A stretch of 64,000 bases of DNA from Stellaceae bacterium (GCA_036404275.1 DASXAM010000132.1:3175-67174), one strand, 5' to 3'. Positions 9,272 to 19,431 are shown, numbered from the stretch's first letter. The notes: generated by a model from the letters alone, not told the origin. Numbers and translations are program-made.

Positions 9272-10471
9272 ATGAAAAGCGACGATAGGCCGCGCAACTA
9301 CCGCCGGGACACGCTGCTCGCGCATCTCGGACGCCGGCCCGAGGCGCAGCACGGGGCAGTCAACCCGCCCGTTTACCACGCTTCGACGATCCTCTCGGCA
9401 AACATGGCCGAGTGGGAAGCGCGGCGCGCGCCGGACAAGCGCTTTGATGTCGTGCGCTATGGCCTACTCGGCACGCCGACCACCTTCGCCCTCGAAGAAG
9501 CGGTGGCGGCGATCGAGGGCGGCTACCGGGCGATGCTGATGTCCTCGGGGTTGGCGGCGATTACCGCCCCGCTGCAGGCCTGCCTCAAATGCGGCGACCA
9601 TCTGTTGATGGTCGATGCCGCCTATGGGCCGGCACGCCATTTCTGCGACAAGGTGCTGACCCGCTGCGGTGTCGCCACGACCTATTACGATCCACTGATC
9701 GGCGAGGATATTGCGCGCCTGATGCGCCCCAATACCCGCGTCGTCTATGTCGAATCGCCTGGCTCCCTGACCTTCGAGGTGCAGGATGTGCCGGCGATCG
9801 CCGCGGCAGCGCATGCCGGCGGAGCCAAGGTCCTGATGGACAACACCTGGGCGTCACCGTGGCTGTTTGCGTCGTTCGCACACGGCGTCGATGTGTCGAT
9901 CCACGCCGCAACCAAATACATCGTCGGCCATTCCGACGTGATGCTGGGTGCCGTCATCACCACCGAGGAGATGTACCTGCCGATGCGCACCATGGCGGCC
10001 GATCTCGGCCATTGTGCCGGACCCGACGACGCCTATTACGCCTTGCGCGGTCTGCGCACCTTGAGCGTGCGGCTCGAACGCCACCAGAAGAATGCGCTCG
10101 AGGTGGCGCGCTGGCTGCAGAGGCGGCCGGAGGTGGCTCGGGTGCTCTACCCGGCCTTGCCCGACGATCCCGGCCATGCGCTCTGGAAGCGCGACTTCAG
10201 CGGGGCGAGCGGGCTTATGGGCGTGATTCTGAAGCCGGCATCGAAAGCCTCGGTCTACGCGCTGATCGACGCGCTCGACCTGTTCGGCATCGGGTCCAGC
10301 TGGGGCGGATACGAAAGCCTTATCCTGCCGACCAGCCCGGCACGCGGCCGCACCGCGACAAAATGGACGGCAGAAGGCCCGACCTTGCGGCTGCATATAG
10401 GCCTCGAAGACCCGCAGGATCTGATCGAAGACCTTGAGCGCGGTTTTCAGGCGCTGCGCGCTGCGGCGTGA
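9272..10471 (+). CDS. metC: Cystathionine beta-lyase (Cys/Met-metabolism PLP enzyme)
   Basis: The N-terminal region (...DTLLAHLGRRPEAQHGAVNPPVYHASTI...) and the ATKYIVGHSD PLP-lysine region fit MetC. The longer track ORF 8852..10471 is an artefactual N-terminal extension. Confidence 0.85.
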   Translation: MKSDDRPRNYRRDTLLAHLGRRPEAQHGAVNPPVYHASTILSANMAEWEARRAPDKRFDVVRYGLLGTPTTFALEEAVAAIEGGYRAMLMSSGLAAITAPLQACLKCGDHLLMVDAAYGPARHFCDKVLTRCGVATTYYDPLIGEDIARLMRPNTRVVYVESPGSLTFEVQDVPAIAAAAHAGGAKVLMDNTWASPWLFASFAHGVDVSIHAATKYIVGHSDVMLGAVITTEEMYLPMRTMAADLGHCAGPDDAYYALRGLRTLSVRLERHQKNALEVARWLQRRPEVARVLYPALPDDPGHALWKRDFSGASGLMGVILKPASKASVYALIDALDLFGIGSSWGGYESLILPTSPARGRTATKWTAEGPTLRLHIGLEDPQDLIEDLERGFQALRAAA

Positions 10472-10600
10472 TCCTTTCGCTCCGCGGCGTGGCTTGTCGC
10501 CGATCCGGTAATGTGCCCTTAATTCGTCGGCGAAGCTGTCGGCGATTTTTACAGCTTTTTGGCCAAATGCCGTTTAGTTTTGCGTAATCAGGGCCGCGCT

Positions 10601-10628
10601 TTGGTTAATTTCGCCGAATCTTGGTTAA
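10601..10628 (+). promoter_or_regulatory. Two direct TTGGTTAA repeats 20 bp apart (possible activator-binding sites)
   Basis: TTGGTTAA occurs at 10601-10608 and 10621-10628, in a lower-GC intergenic region about 120-140 bp upstream of the sigma-54 core promoter at 10743. Confidence 0.3.
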
Positions 10629-10742
10629 CATTTGCGTAGGAACGACGAGTCTGACGGTAATCCTTACAAAACTAGCGTCCAACTTTCGTCAAAAATTGTT
10701 TAAGGCATTGATTTAACGTCGGAATCTCTCCGAGGCCAAATT

Positions 10743-10757
10743 TGGCACAATGTTTGC
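10743..10757 (+). promoter_or_regulatory. Sigma-54 type -24/-12 promoter (TGGCACAATGTTTGC)
   Basis: Exact TGGCAC-N5-TTGC, 39 nt upstream of ATG 10796 of the PEP-CTERM gene. Confidence 0.55.
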
Positions 10758-10795
10758 CAAATGCGGTGCGGATCATCCGAATGGGACTCCAAGCC

Positions 10796-11413
10796 ATGAG
10801 ACTGAGAACTGCACTTTTTGCTACTGCCCTTACCGCGGTCGCCGCGGTCCCGGGCGCCTACGCTTTTCCGCCGCCGGGCGTGCCCGATACGACAAACCCC
10901 GGACTCTTGACCGGCAACGGCACCGACGCGAAAGCGATTTTCGCTTTCCAAGACGCCGGCGACACCGACCTGCTGCTGCTAATGGGCTTTGGCGGCAACC
11001 CGATCTTCAACAATCACACGGACGCGATCGGGACGACGAAGGATCTCGGCGTTCTCAGCGGCGGACAGGAATTCGAACTCAACAACCTTAACACGAACAC
11101 TCTCTTCCTGAGCGATGTAGCCGATTCTCAAGGCAACTTTCACGTTCACTACTCCACGAACTTCGCCGATTTTGGGGTAGGAGCCTTGCCGGCCGCTGCC
11201 GCCACCGCGATCGGAAATTTGCCAGCAGGCAGCTCGGTGATTTTCGCGGGCTGGGAGGATCTGAGGGGGAATCAGGGAGGCGACTTCGACTACAACGACC
11301 TCATCTTCGCTTTCAGCAATCTGACGCCGCCATCGGTGCCGGAGCCGGCGACGTTGACGCTGGTGGGCGCCGGGCTCGTGGGCTTGGCGTTGGCGCGGCG
11401 GCGCAGAAAATAA
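10796..11413 (+). CDS. PEP-CTERM sorting-domain protein with a DUF4114-like domain
   Basis: Signal peptide MRLRTALFATALTAVAAVPGAYA. GGDFDYNDLIFAF motif. C-terminal VPEPATLTLVGAGLVGLALARRRRK gives the PEP motif, a TM segment and a basic tail. Confidence 0.8.
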   Translation: MRLRTALFATALTAVAAVPGAYAFPPPGVPDTTNPGLLTGNGTDAKAIFAFQDAGDTDLLLLMGFGGNPIFNNHTDAIGTTKDLGVLSGGQEFELNNLNTNTLFLSDVADSQGNFHVHYSTNFADFGVGALPAAAATAIGNLPAGSSVIFAGWEDLRGNQGGDFDYNDLIFAFSNLTPPSVPEPATLTLVGAGLVGLALARRRRK

Positions 11414-11436
11414 CGGCAACGTCAAATCAAGTCACT

Positions 11437-11466
11437 GGGCGGTGGGCGACCACCGCCCTTTTATTT
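11437..11466 (+). terminator. Rho-independent terminator
   Basis: GGGCGGTGG-GCGA-CCACCGCCC followed by TTTTATTT, 24 nt after the PEP-CTERM gene stop. Confidence 0.7.
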
Positions 11467-11470
11467 ATGC

Positions 11471-11713
11471 TCAATGCGTCCCGGCGGGGCAGAAGCGGAT
11501 GTCGTCGCGTTCGTTTTCGTAGTCGTCCATCGCCTGGTGCAGGACGTTGTCGGCCGGCAGCGCCCTCAGCGCCTGGCTGATCTTTTTGAGCGTCGCATCG
11601 TCATAGGCGACGAGCTTTGGGCATTGGCACGCGGTCTGGGACGAGCTGCTGCACCCGCTGGCAGCCAAAATCGCGGCGAGCGCCGTCACCGCCAGACCCG
11701 CCTTCACCGCCAT
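11471..11713 (-). CDS. Small lipoprotein (80 aa)
   Basis: MAVKAGLAVTALAAILAASGC gives a signal peptide and lipobox. Four further Cys. The remainder of track ORF 11471..12016 is an upstream extension. Confidence 0.6.
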   Translation of the reverse strand: MAVKAGLAVTALAAILAASGCSSSSQTACQCPKLVAYDDATLKKISQALRALPADNVLHQAMDDYENERDDIRFCPAGTH

Positions 11714-11781
11714 CCGACCCCCCGACCGCGCCACGGCAAGATGCCGAGCGCCGCGGTGGCGATCAAGCCGCTTTGCGCAAG

Positions 11782-12957
11782 CTATTCGGCCGCGTCGCGC
11801 CGGGGTTCGGTGGCGCGGGCGGCGTGGCGATCGATTTCTTTTTGGATCGCCGCACTCGCCTGGCCGGTGAAATCGACATGGTGGCTGGTGGCGAAATCGT
11901 AGCTGCCGCGCAGCAAATCCCGACTTTGCTGGAAATGCGGGTGAACAAAGCGGGCCATCAGCTCGTAATGCCGTTTGGTCGCGTCCCAGTCGGCCCAGTT
12001 CTGCGCCAATTCGCACAATACGCCGAACCCGCCAGAGCCTTCGACCAGCCGCTCGACATATTGAATCGCGTCATCCGGGGTGCCGATGCACGCCGTGCCG
12101 GTCTCAATGAGCCATTCGATCGGATCGCCGACCTCGGGCGGGATGATCGGAAAGGTCGCGACATCGCGGAAATAATTGGCGAAAGCCTGGACGCCAAACT
12201 GCATGTTCCGGCGTGCTTCTTCGCGCGTCTCGGCGATGTGGAACAGGCCGACGACACGCCAATTCTTGCGGTCAGGAACATGGCCATTGGCGCGCGCCGT
12301 CTCCTCGTAAAGCCCCCAATTGGCGGTGTGCCGCTCCATCGCCATCGGGCTCGTCCCGCCGATCGACAGCATGCCGATGCCGTATTTTCCGGAGAGCAGC
12401 GAACCCGAGGGCGAGCGCGCCGCCGCCACCGCCAATTCCATCGTCGGGCGCGTATAGGGGCGTAATTGCAGCTGCGCCTCGGTCAGGTTGAACCAGTCGG
12501 TCTTTTTGGTGACCGTCTCACCGTGCAGCAGCCGGACGACCACATCGAACGATTCGTTCATCATGCGGCGCTGCTCACTCGGATCGATGCCGATCTTCAG
12601 CGCATCGTGCACGAGGGCGCCGGGGCCGACCCCGAGCATTGCCCGGCCGCGCGTCATGTGGTCGAGCTGGACCATGCGGTCGGCGAGCATGAACGGGTTG
12701 TGGTACGGCAGCGATACGACCCCGGTGCCGAGCCGGATGTGGCGGGTGCGCTGCGCCGCCGCGGCAATGAACATCTCGGGGCAGGCGATCAGTTCGAACC
12801 CGCCCGAATGGTGCTCGCCGATCCACGCTTCGTGATAATTGAGCCGGTCGAGATGCTCGAGGAGCTCGAGGTCGCGCTCGATCGAAAGCGTCGGGTTTTC
12901 GTCGTGATTGTGGAACGGCGCGAGAAATATGCCGCTCTTCAGATAGAGATCGTCCAT
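11782..12957 (-). CDS. LLM-class flavin-dependent monooxygenase (luciferase-like)
   Basis: From ATG 12957: MDDLYLKSGIFLAPFHNHDENPT...EAWIGEHHSGG...LGTGVVSLPYHNP, a typical luciferase-like monooxygenase pattern. Confidence 0.85.
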   Translation of the reverse strand: MDDLYLKSGIFLAPFHNHDENPTLSIERDLELLEHLDRLNYHEAWIGEHHSGGFELIACPEMFIAAAAQRTRHIRLGTGVVSLPYHNPFMLADRMVQLDHMTRGRAMLGVGPGALVHDALKIGIDPSEQRRMMNESFDVVVRLLHGETVTKKTDWFNLTEAQLQLRPYTRPTMELAVAAARSPSGSLLSGKYGIGMLSIGGTSPMAMERHTANWGLYEETARANGHVPDRKNWRVVGLFHIAETREEARRNMQFGVQAFANYFRDVATFPIIPPEVGDPIEWLIETGTACIGTPDDAIQYVERLVEGSGGFGVLCELAQNWADWDATKRHYELMARFVHPHFQQSRDLLRGSYDFATSHHVDFTGQASAAIQKEIDRHAARATEPRRDAAE

Positions 12958-13107
12958 GCCGAGCCCTCCGGCGGATTGCCTGTTGTGGCGGATCGTCGGT
13001 GATCGCATCCGCCGCGGCAAGCGGAATCCCGGCATGGCGGCCGCCCGTGCGTCGCCGTGGACCGGAACACGGACCCGGACGGGCCGATTTTTCCGCCCGG
13101 CGCGTGA

Positions 13108-14739
13108 TCAGGTCGCGGCCGCCCTCCCGGCGCCGAACATTTCGCGCAGGCGGGTCTTCATGATCTTGCCGGTGGCGGTATGCGGCATCTCGTCGATATA
13201 GACGACGTCATCGGGCAGCATCCATTTCGGGAATTGGCGGGCGAGGAGGGCGATCAACGCGTCGCGCTCGGGACGGCAGCCCGGCCGCGGCATCACGATC
13301 AGCAAGGGCCGCTCGCCCCAGCGCGGGTCGGGCACGGCGATGACCGCCGCCTCGGCGACATCGGCATGCGCGACCGCCGCGTTTTCGAGCTCGATCGAGC
13401 TGATCCATTCGCCGCCCGATTTGATCACGTCCTTGCGGCGGTCTGTGATCTGCAGATAGCCGTCGGGATCGATGGTCGCGACATCGCCGGTGTGAAACCA
13501 GCCATCGGGCTCGACCGCCGCGGCGCTCGCCGCCTCGTCGGCAAAATAGGCAGCGACGATCCAAGGTCCGCGCACGAGCAATTCGCCCATCGATTTGCCG
13601 TCATGCGGCAGGGCCTGGCCGGCATCGTCGACGAGCTTCATCTCGACCCCAAAAACCGGTCGTCCCTGCAGCGATTTGAGGGCGGTTCGGGCGGGCCCGT
13701 CGAGGTCCCGGTGCTTCGCCTTGAACGCGGCAGTCGTGCCGAGCGGGCTCATTTCGGTCATGCCCCAGCCCTGGCGCACGTCGATGCCGTGACACGCAAA
13801 GGCTTCGATCATCGAGGGCGGCACCGCCGACCCGCCCGATAGCAACCGCTCTAAGCTCGAGCAGCGCTTGCCCGACGCCGAAAGATAGGCTTCGAAACCG
13901 AGCCACACCGTGGGCACGCCGAGGGCATAGGTGACGCGCTCGACCTCGAACAGCTCGTACAGGCTTGCGCCGTCAAGCTGAGGGCCGGGCAGCACGAGCT
14001 TTGCCCCGTTCATCGGCACCGCATAGGGGATGCCCCAGCCGCAGGCGTGAAACAGCGGCACTACCGGACAGACCACGTCGCGGGCCGATATCGAGATCGC
14101 GTCGGGAAGCGAAATTGCGAATGCGTGCAACAGGGTGGAGCGGTGGCTGTAGAGCGCGCCCTTGGGCCGGCCGGTGGTGCCCGAGGTGTAGCAAAGCGAG
14201 GCGGCGGTGCGCTCGTCAAATTCGGGCCAATCGAATTCCGCCGTCTCGGCGGCGACAAGGGCTTCGTAAGCGGGAAGCAGCGGCAGCTCCGTTGCCGGAT
14301 CGGCGTCCGCGGGCGTCAACGGCACGATGCGGCACTCGGCGGGAAAGCGCGGCGCCAACCGCTCGACCAGCGGCAAAAACGTCGTGTCGACAAACAGGAG
14401 CCGGTCGGATGCGTGGTTGACGATGTAAACGATTTGGTCGTCGAAAAGCCGCGGGTTGATCGTGTGGCAGACTGCGCCGATGCCGGAGATCGCGTAATAG
14501 AGCTCGACATGGCGAAATGTGTTCCAGGCGAGGGTGGCGATTCGGTCGCCGGGCTCGACGCCGAGCCGCAGCAGCGCGCGCGCCAGCTGTTTCGCGCGCA
14601 GTTCGGCGTCCGCGTAGGTGTAGCGGTGGATTGGACCTTCGATGGTCCGCGAGACGATTTCACCGTCGCTGTGACAGGTCGCGGCGTGGGTCAGGATCGA
14701 CGAAACCAGGAGCGGCCGCTCCGACATCAGTCCCAGCAT
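13108..14739 (-). CDS. Acyl-CoA synthetase / fatty-acid-CoA ligase (AMP-forming)
   Basis: ATG 14739 is immediately preceded by GGGAGGAAGC. YTSGTTGRPKG AMP-binding motif and GWFHTGD...DRRKDVIKSGGEWIS core motifs. Confidence 0.9.
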   Translation of the reverse strand: MLGLMSERPLLVSSILTHAATCHSDGEIVSRTIEGPIHRYTYADAELRAKQLARALLRLGVEPGDRIATLAWNTFRHVELYYAISGIGAVCHTINPRLFDDQIVYIVNHASDRLLFVDTTFLPLVERLAPRFPAECRIVPLTPADADPATELPLLPAYEALVAAETAEFDWPEFDERTAASLCYTSGTTGRPKGALYSHRSTLLHAFAISLPDAISISARDVVCPVVPLFHACGWGIPYAVPMNGAKLVLPGPQLDGASLYELFEVERVTYALGVPTVWLGFEAYLSASGKRCSSLERLLSGGSAVPPSMIEAFACHGIDVRQGWGMTEMSPLGTTAAFKAKHRDLDGPARTALKSLQGRPVFGVEMKLVDDAGQALPHDGKSMGELLVRGPWIVAAYFADEAASAAAVEPDGWFHTGDVATIDPDGYLQITDRRKDVIKSGGEWISSIELENAAVAHADVAEAAVIAVPDPRWGERPLLIVMPRPGCRPERDALIALLARQFPKWMLPDDVVYIDEMPHTATGKIMKTRLREMFGAGRAAAT

Positions 14740-14844
14740 CGCTTCCTCCCGATCGGCCACCCCCACAACCAGTCATAAAATAGAGCGCGAGCGCCGCATC
14801 CCGACAAGGGGAGCGGCAGCCCCGGCCAGATCTGCCGCGCTCTC

Positions 14845-15549
14845 TCAGTAGTGGCGGAAGAGACCGACGAGACGGCCCTGGACCTTGACGCGGTCGGGGC
14901 CGAAGATTCGCGTCTCGTACGCCTTGTTGGCCGGCTCGAGAGCGATCGAGGCGCCGCGCCGGCGCATCCGCTTCAGCGTCACCTCCTGGTCGTCGATCAG
15001 GGCGACGACGACGGTCCCGTTCTCGGCGGTGTCGCTGCGCTGGATGATGACCGTGTCGCCATCGAGAATCCCGGCGTCGATCATGCTGTCGCCGGCAACT
15101 TCGAGCGCGTAATGCTCGCCGGCGCCGAGTAGGGTCGTCGGCACGCCGATCGTCGTGCTCTGATCGCGCAGCGCTTCGATCGGGGTGCCGGCGGCGATGC
15201 GGCCATAGAGCGGCAAATCGACCGCCTCGACATTGGGCGCCGCTGGAGCGCCCGACAGCGACCCGGAAAAGTCGCCGCGGATCACCGTCGGCGAGAAACG
15301 GCCGGCGCGCTCGGAGGCAGGGCCGACCGCGGTCGATTCGGGCAATTTCAGGACTTCGAGCGCACGGGCGCGATGCGGCAGCCGGCGAATAAAACCGCGC
15401 TCCTCGAGCCCGCTGACGAGCCGATGAATGCCTGATTTCGATTTGAGGTTAAGCGCGTCCTTCATCTCGTCGAAGGATGGCGAGACGCCGGTCGCGGTCA
15501 GCCTTTGATTAATGAACAGCAGCAGCTCGCGCTGCTTGACGGTCAGCAT
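14845..15549 (-). CDS. lexA: LexA repressor
   Basis: [17 protein letters not shown]...SPSFDEM...[17 protein letters not shown] wHTH domain. The C-terminal S24 peptidase region has GDSM and the downstream Lys (VTLKRM). Confidence 0.95.
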   Translation of the reverse strand: MLTVKQRELLLFINQRLTATGVSPSFDEMKDALNLKSKSGIHRLVSGLEERGFIRRLPHRARALEVLKLPESTAVGPASERAGRFSPTVIRGDFSGSLSGAPAAPNVEAVDLPLYGRIAAGTPIEALRDQSTTIGVPTTLLGAGEHYALEVAGDSMIDAGILDGDTVIIQRSDTAENGTVVVALIDDQEVTLKRMRRRGASIALEPANKAYETRIFGPDRVKVQGRLVGLFRHY

Positions 15550-15570
15550 GGGACCCTCATAGTGCAGACA

Positions 15571-15585
15571 GAACGAATCCTAAAC
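15571..15585. promoter_or_regulatory. Degenerate second SOS-box-like site (GAAC-N7-AAAC)
   Basis: GAACGAATCCTAAAC is adjacent to the perfect box. It has one mismatch to GAAC-N7-GAAC. Confidence 0.3.
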
Positions 15586-15594
15586 GCTGGATGC

Positions 15595-15609
15595 GTTCTA
15601 GTTTAGTTC
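15595..15609. promoter_or_regulatory. Alphaproteobacterial SOS box GTTC-N7-GTTC
   Basis: GTTCTAGTTTAGTTC lies 46-60 nt upstream of the lexA start, in the moeA-lexA gap. Confidence 0.75.
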
Positions 15610-15642
15610 GCGAGCCGCGTCAAGTGTCGTTCTTGCGGCGCC

Positions 15643-16857
15643 CTAGACAGGCAGCGCGTCCGCGGGAAAGCGGACGATCGGCACCATCGTTCCAGCCGCC
15701 GCGGCGGCTGCGTGCGGCGGGCGCACGACGAGGCAGTCGGCGGCCGAAAGCGACCGCATCATCGAGCTGTCCTGGACCTCGAACGGGAACACCTCCTCGG
15801 CGCCGTCCGCGGCGTGGGCAAGCCGCGCGCGCAGGTAATCCTGGCGCCGATCGTTTTTCGACAGGTCGGCGCCGAGCCGCGCCGTCTCGTTCGGCCCTAC
15901 CGCCGCCACCAGGCCGCTCATGCGGTCGAGCGCCGGCTTGAGGAACAGGAGCGCGCAGACAAAGGTCGAGACCGGATTGCCAGGCAGGCCCAGCATCGGC
16001 GTCCCTCGGTATCTGCCGACCATCAAGGGCTTCCCCGGCCGCATTGCGATTTGCCAGAAATCGAGCTCGAACCCGTCTTCGGCGAGCGCTTCGCGCACCA
16101 AATCATGCTCGCCGACCGAGGCGCCGCCGGTGGTCACCAACAAATCGACCCCGGCGGTGGCGGCAGCCATCCGGCGCAGCGCCGTCGAATCGTCGGGCGC
16201 GTTGCCGACCGAAACCGCGACCCCGCCGCAGGCCGTAACAAATGCGACCAGCGCAAGGCTGTTCGAGCTGACGATCTGGTGCGGGCCAATCGGGTCGCCC
16301 GGCATGACGATCTCGTCGCCGGTCGACAGCACACCGATCCGCGGCCGACGATGGACCATCAGCCACGGCCGGTTCATCGCCGCCAAAAGGCCGATATCAC
16401 GCGCCGCGAGCCGCCGGCCGGCATGCAGCAGCACATCGCCTTCAGCGAAATCGAGGCCCTCGTGACGAACATATCGGCCACGCGGCGCGGCTTCGCGGAT
16501 CTGGACCCGGTCGCCATCCCGCTCGGCATCCTCCTGGATCACCACCGTGTCGGTGCCGGCCGGCATCGGCGCGCCGGTAAAGATGCGTGCGGCTTCGCCC
16601 GGTCCGACCCGGCCGCCAAACCCGGCCCCGGCCGGCACCTCGGCGACGATGCGCAAGGTTGTCGGGATTTGGCGCAGATCGTCGGCCTGCACGGCATAGC
16701 CGTCCATCGCCGAGGCGGCGAAGGGCGGCTGGGTGCGGCGGGCGGCGACATCCTCGGCGAGCACCCGGCCGAGCGCGTCGGCGAGCGAGACCTGCTCGGG
16801 CGGCAGGATATCGACATGGGCCAGCAGACGCGCGCGGGCTTCCTCAACCGAAATCAC
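15643..16857 (-). CDS. moeA: Molybdopterin molybdotransferase MoeA
   Basis: [11 protein letters not shown]...SAMDGYAV... pattern. GTG 16857 is preceded by GGGAGG and overlaps the upstream stop (GTGA). Confidence 0.9.
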   Translation of the reverse strand: MISVEEARARLLAHVDILPPEQVSLADALGRVLAEDVAARRTQPPFAASAMDGYAVQADDLRQIPTTLRIVAEVPAGAGFGGRVGPGEAARIFTGAPMPAGTDTVVIQEDAERDGDRVQIREAAPRGRYVRHEGLDFAEGDVLLHAGRRLAARDIGLLAAMNRPWLMVHRRPRIGVLSTGDEIVMPGDPIGPHQIVSSNSLALVAFVTACGGVAVSVGNAPDDSTALRRMAAATAGVDLLVTTGGASVGEHDLVREALAEDGFELDFWQIAMRPGKPLMVGRYRGTPMLGLPGNPVSTFVCALLFLKPALDRMSGLVAAVGPNETARLGADLSKNDRRQDYLRARLAHAADGAEEVFPFEVQDSSMMRSLSAADCLVVRPPHAAAAAAGTMVPIVRFPADALPV

Positions 16858-18119
16858 GGCTTCGCCTCCCAATTTCCTGACTTACCTCCTGATTTCTTCA
16901 GCAGTCGAAGATCGGTTACAACCATGCCGCGATCGATCGCCTTGCACATGTCGTAGATTGTCAGCGCCGCCACCGAAGCCGCTGTCAACGCCTCAATTTC
17001 GACACCCGTGCGGCCGCGCAAACGGCAGGTGGCGGTGATCTCGACCGCGGTCTTTTCTGGCAAACAGGCGAGCTCGAGCTCGACTGAGGTCAATGCCAGC
17101 GGGTGGCAGAGCGGGATCAGCTCGGCGGTGCGCTTAGCCGCCATGATGCCGGCGAGGCGCGCTACCGCCAGCACGTCGCCCTTGGCGACATTGCCCGAAC
17201 GAATGCGTTCGAGAGTCTCGGGGCGCATCACAACACGCGCACCGGCGACGGCCTCTCGATACGTCTCGTCCTTGGCCGAAACATCGACCATATGGGCGCG
17301 GCCTTCGGCGTCGAGATGGGTCAGATCGGGCAGCCGCAGCAGGCGCCGGGTCGCGGCGGCGACATCGTTTTCGCGCATCAACGTCTCGCCGACGAGAAAA
17401 CAACGTGCGCCGGCGGCGGCCAGGCGGTCGAGATCGTCCGGGCTTCGGATACCGCTTTCGGCGACAACCAGCCGATCGCCGGGCACCCGCGCCGCCAGCT
17501 CTTCCGTCGTGTGAAGATCGACCGCCAAGGTTTTGAGATTACGGTTGTTAATGCCGATGAGCCGGGTCTCGAGCGCCACGGCGCGATCGAGCTCGGCGGC
17601 GTCGTGGACTTCGGTCAAAACATCGAGTCCGAGCTCGGTGGCGGCGACGGCGAGCTCGCGCGCTTCCGGGTCCGACAATGCGGCCATGATCAGCAGCACG
17701 CAATCTGCCCCAAGGTCGCGGCTTTCGAGGATCTGGTAGGGGTCGAGAATAAAGTCCTTGCGCAGCACAGGCAGCGTGCAGGCGGTGCGGGCGGCGCGCA
17801 GATCGTCGCCGCTGCCCTGGAAGAACGGGGTGTCGGTCAGCACCGAAAGACAGGCCGCACCGCCCGCCAGATAGGCCTGCGCCAATGCCGGAGGGTCGAA
17901 ATCGGGACGGATCAGCCCGGCGCTCGGCGACGCTTTCTTAATCTCGGCGATTAGACCGTAGCGCCCCTCGCCGAGCCGGCGCTCGAGCGCCGCCGCAAAC
18001 GGCCGCACCGCCGATGCCGCGGCAAGACGCGCCAGCAGCGCCGCCTCGGAGACGACCGCTTTCGCTTGCGCGACATGAGCGCGCTTTTCCATGCAGATGT
18101 GGGTCAGCACATCGTTCAT
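16854..18119 (-). CDS. trpC: Fused indole-3-glycerol-phosphate synthase (TrpC) and cyclic pyranopterin monophosphate synthase (MoaC)
   Basis: One uninterrupted 421-aa frame. The N-terminal part (...[14 protein letters not shown]...LSVLTD...LRKDF...) is TrpC. The C-terminal part ([21 protein letters not shown]...IPLCHPL...TIYDMCKA) is MoaC. Confidence 0.85.
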   Translation of the reverse strand: MNDVLTHICMEKRAHVAQAKAVVSEAALLARLAAASAVRPFAAALERRLGEGRYGLIAEIKKASPSAGLIRPDFDPPALAQAYLAGGAACLSVLTDTPFFQGSGDDLRAARTACTLPVLRKDFILDPYQILESRDLGADCVLLIMAALSDPEARELAVAATELGLDVLTEVHDAAELDRAVALETRLIGINNRNLKTLAVDLHTTEELAARVPGDRLVVAESGIRSPDDLDRLAAAGARCFLVGETLMRENDVAAATRRLLRLPDLTHLDAEGRAHMVDVSAKDETYREAVAGARVVMRPETLERIRSGNVAKGDVLAVARLAGIMAAKRTAELIPLCHPLALTSVELELACLPEKTAVEITATCRLRGRTGVEIEALTAASVAALTIYDMCKAIDRGMVVTDLRLLKKSGGKSGNWEAKP

Positions 18120-19156
18120 CGCGGCGCTTCCTCGGTCGCCGCGGGTGCGTTGGTGCGCGCGACGAGATCGTCGAGCACTTGTCGCGCCGCACCCGAATCG
18201 ATGGTGCGGGCGGCGAGCTCGACCCCGTTGGCGAGACTCGCCGCGCGACCGGCGACGAGGAGTGCGGCGGCGCTGTTCAACAGCACGATGTCGCGCAGCG
18301 GCCCGCCGGCGCCGCCCAAGAGATCGCGCATCAGCGCAGCGTTGTGCTGCGGCTCGCCGCCGGCGAGGTCACCGAGCCGGGCCTGCGGCAAGCCGGCATC
18401 GGCGGCGGTGATCTCGAAGGTTTCGACCCTGCCGTCTTCGAGCGCCGCGACGGTCGTCGGCCCGGCCGTGCTCAATTCATCGAGGCCGTCGCCATGCACC
18501 ACCCAGACCCGCTCGGCGCCCAGCCGGCCCAGCACTTCGGCCATCGGCCGCGCCCATTCGGGGGCGAAGACGCCGACCAGCTGACGCCGCGCCCCGGCCG
18601 GGCTCGACAACGGGCCCAACAGGTTGAAGATCGTCCGGGTGCCAAGATCGACGCGGGTGGGCGCGACATGGCGGGTGGCGCTGTGATGGCGCGGCGCCAT
18701 CAGAAAGCCGATGCCGATCTGCCACAAGCAATCGCGCACTACCGTGAAATCGGCGTCAATGTTGACACCGAGCGCGGTCAGCACATCGGCCGAGCCCGAA
18801 CGCGAGGAGAGCGCGCGGTTGCCATGCTTGGCGACCGGGACGCCGCAGCCGGCCGCGACCAGCGCCGCCGCGGTCGAAATGTTGAAGCTGCCGGAGGCGT
18901 CGCCGCCGGTGCCGCAGGTGTCGATCGTGCCCGGCGGCGCATCGATTCGCAGGGCTTTGGCCCGCATCGCCCGCGCCGCGCCGGTGATCTCGTCGACAGT
19001 CTCGCCGCGCACCCGGAGCGCCATCAGAAAACCGCCCATCTGTGAGGGGGTGGCGTCGCCGCTCATGATGATGTCGAACGCCGCCTCGGCGTCACCCTCG
19101 CTGAGGCTCCTGCCCTGGGCAACCTGGGCGATCAGCGCCTTCAGATCGCTGACCAC
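18116..19156 (-). CDS. trpD: Anthranilate phosphoribosyltransferase
   Basis: [22 protein letters not shown] and KHGNRA motifs. The stop overlaps the trpC start (ATGA). The start is probably GTG 19156, after GGAGAA. Confidence 0.9.
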   Translation of the reverse strand: MVSDLKALIAQVAQGRSLSEGDAEAAFDIIMSGDATPSQMGGFLMALRVRGETVDEITGAARAMRAKALRIDAPPGTIDTCGTGGDASGSFNISTAAALVAAGCGVPVAKHGNRALSSRSGSADVLTALGVNIDADFTVVRDCLWQIGIGFLMAPRHHSATRHVAPTRVDLGTRTIFNLLGPLSSPAGARRQLVGVFAPEWARPMAEVLGRLGAERVWVVHGDGLDELSTAGPTTVAALEDGRVETFEITAADAGLPQARLGDLAGGEPQHNAALMRDLLGGAGGPLRDIVLLNSAAALLVAGRAASLANGVELAARTIDSGAARQVLDDLVARTNAPAATEEAPR

Positions 19157-19431
19157 GCGCCCGTTCTCCGCTGATCGATCGCCCGCATATGCTGCGCCCA
19201 TCCGCACCGGTGCGTAACTATATCAGCCGCCGCTACTCGACGGAAACCGCGCACAGCGAATACCGAGGCGCCTCCTTCCCTCGTTTGACGCGTGACGGCC
19301 ATTCAAGGTAGCGGTGGCTTGGTGGGCCCGACGGCGAGGTTTAGTTGATCCCGAAGTTTTGAGCCGGTGCGAGGCAGGAAACGGCAGGCGCTCACACTCA
19401 TCGCGTCGGACGCTCAAAGCGGCACCGGTTT

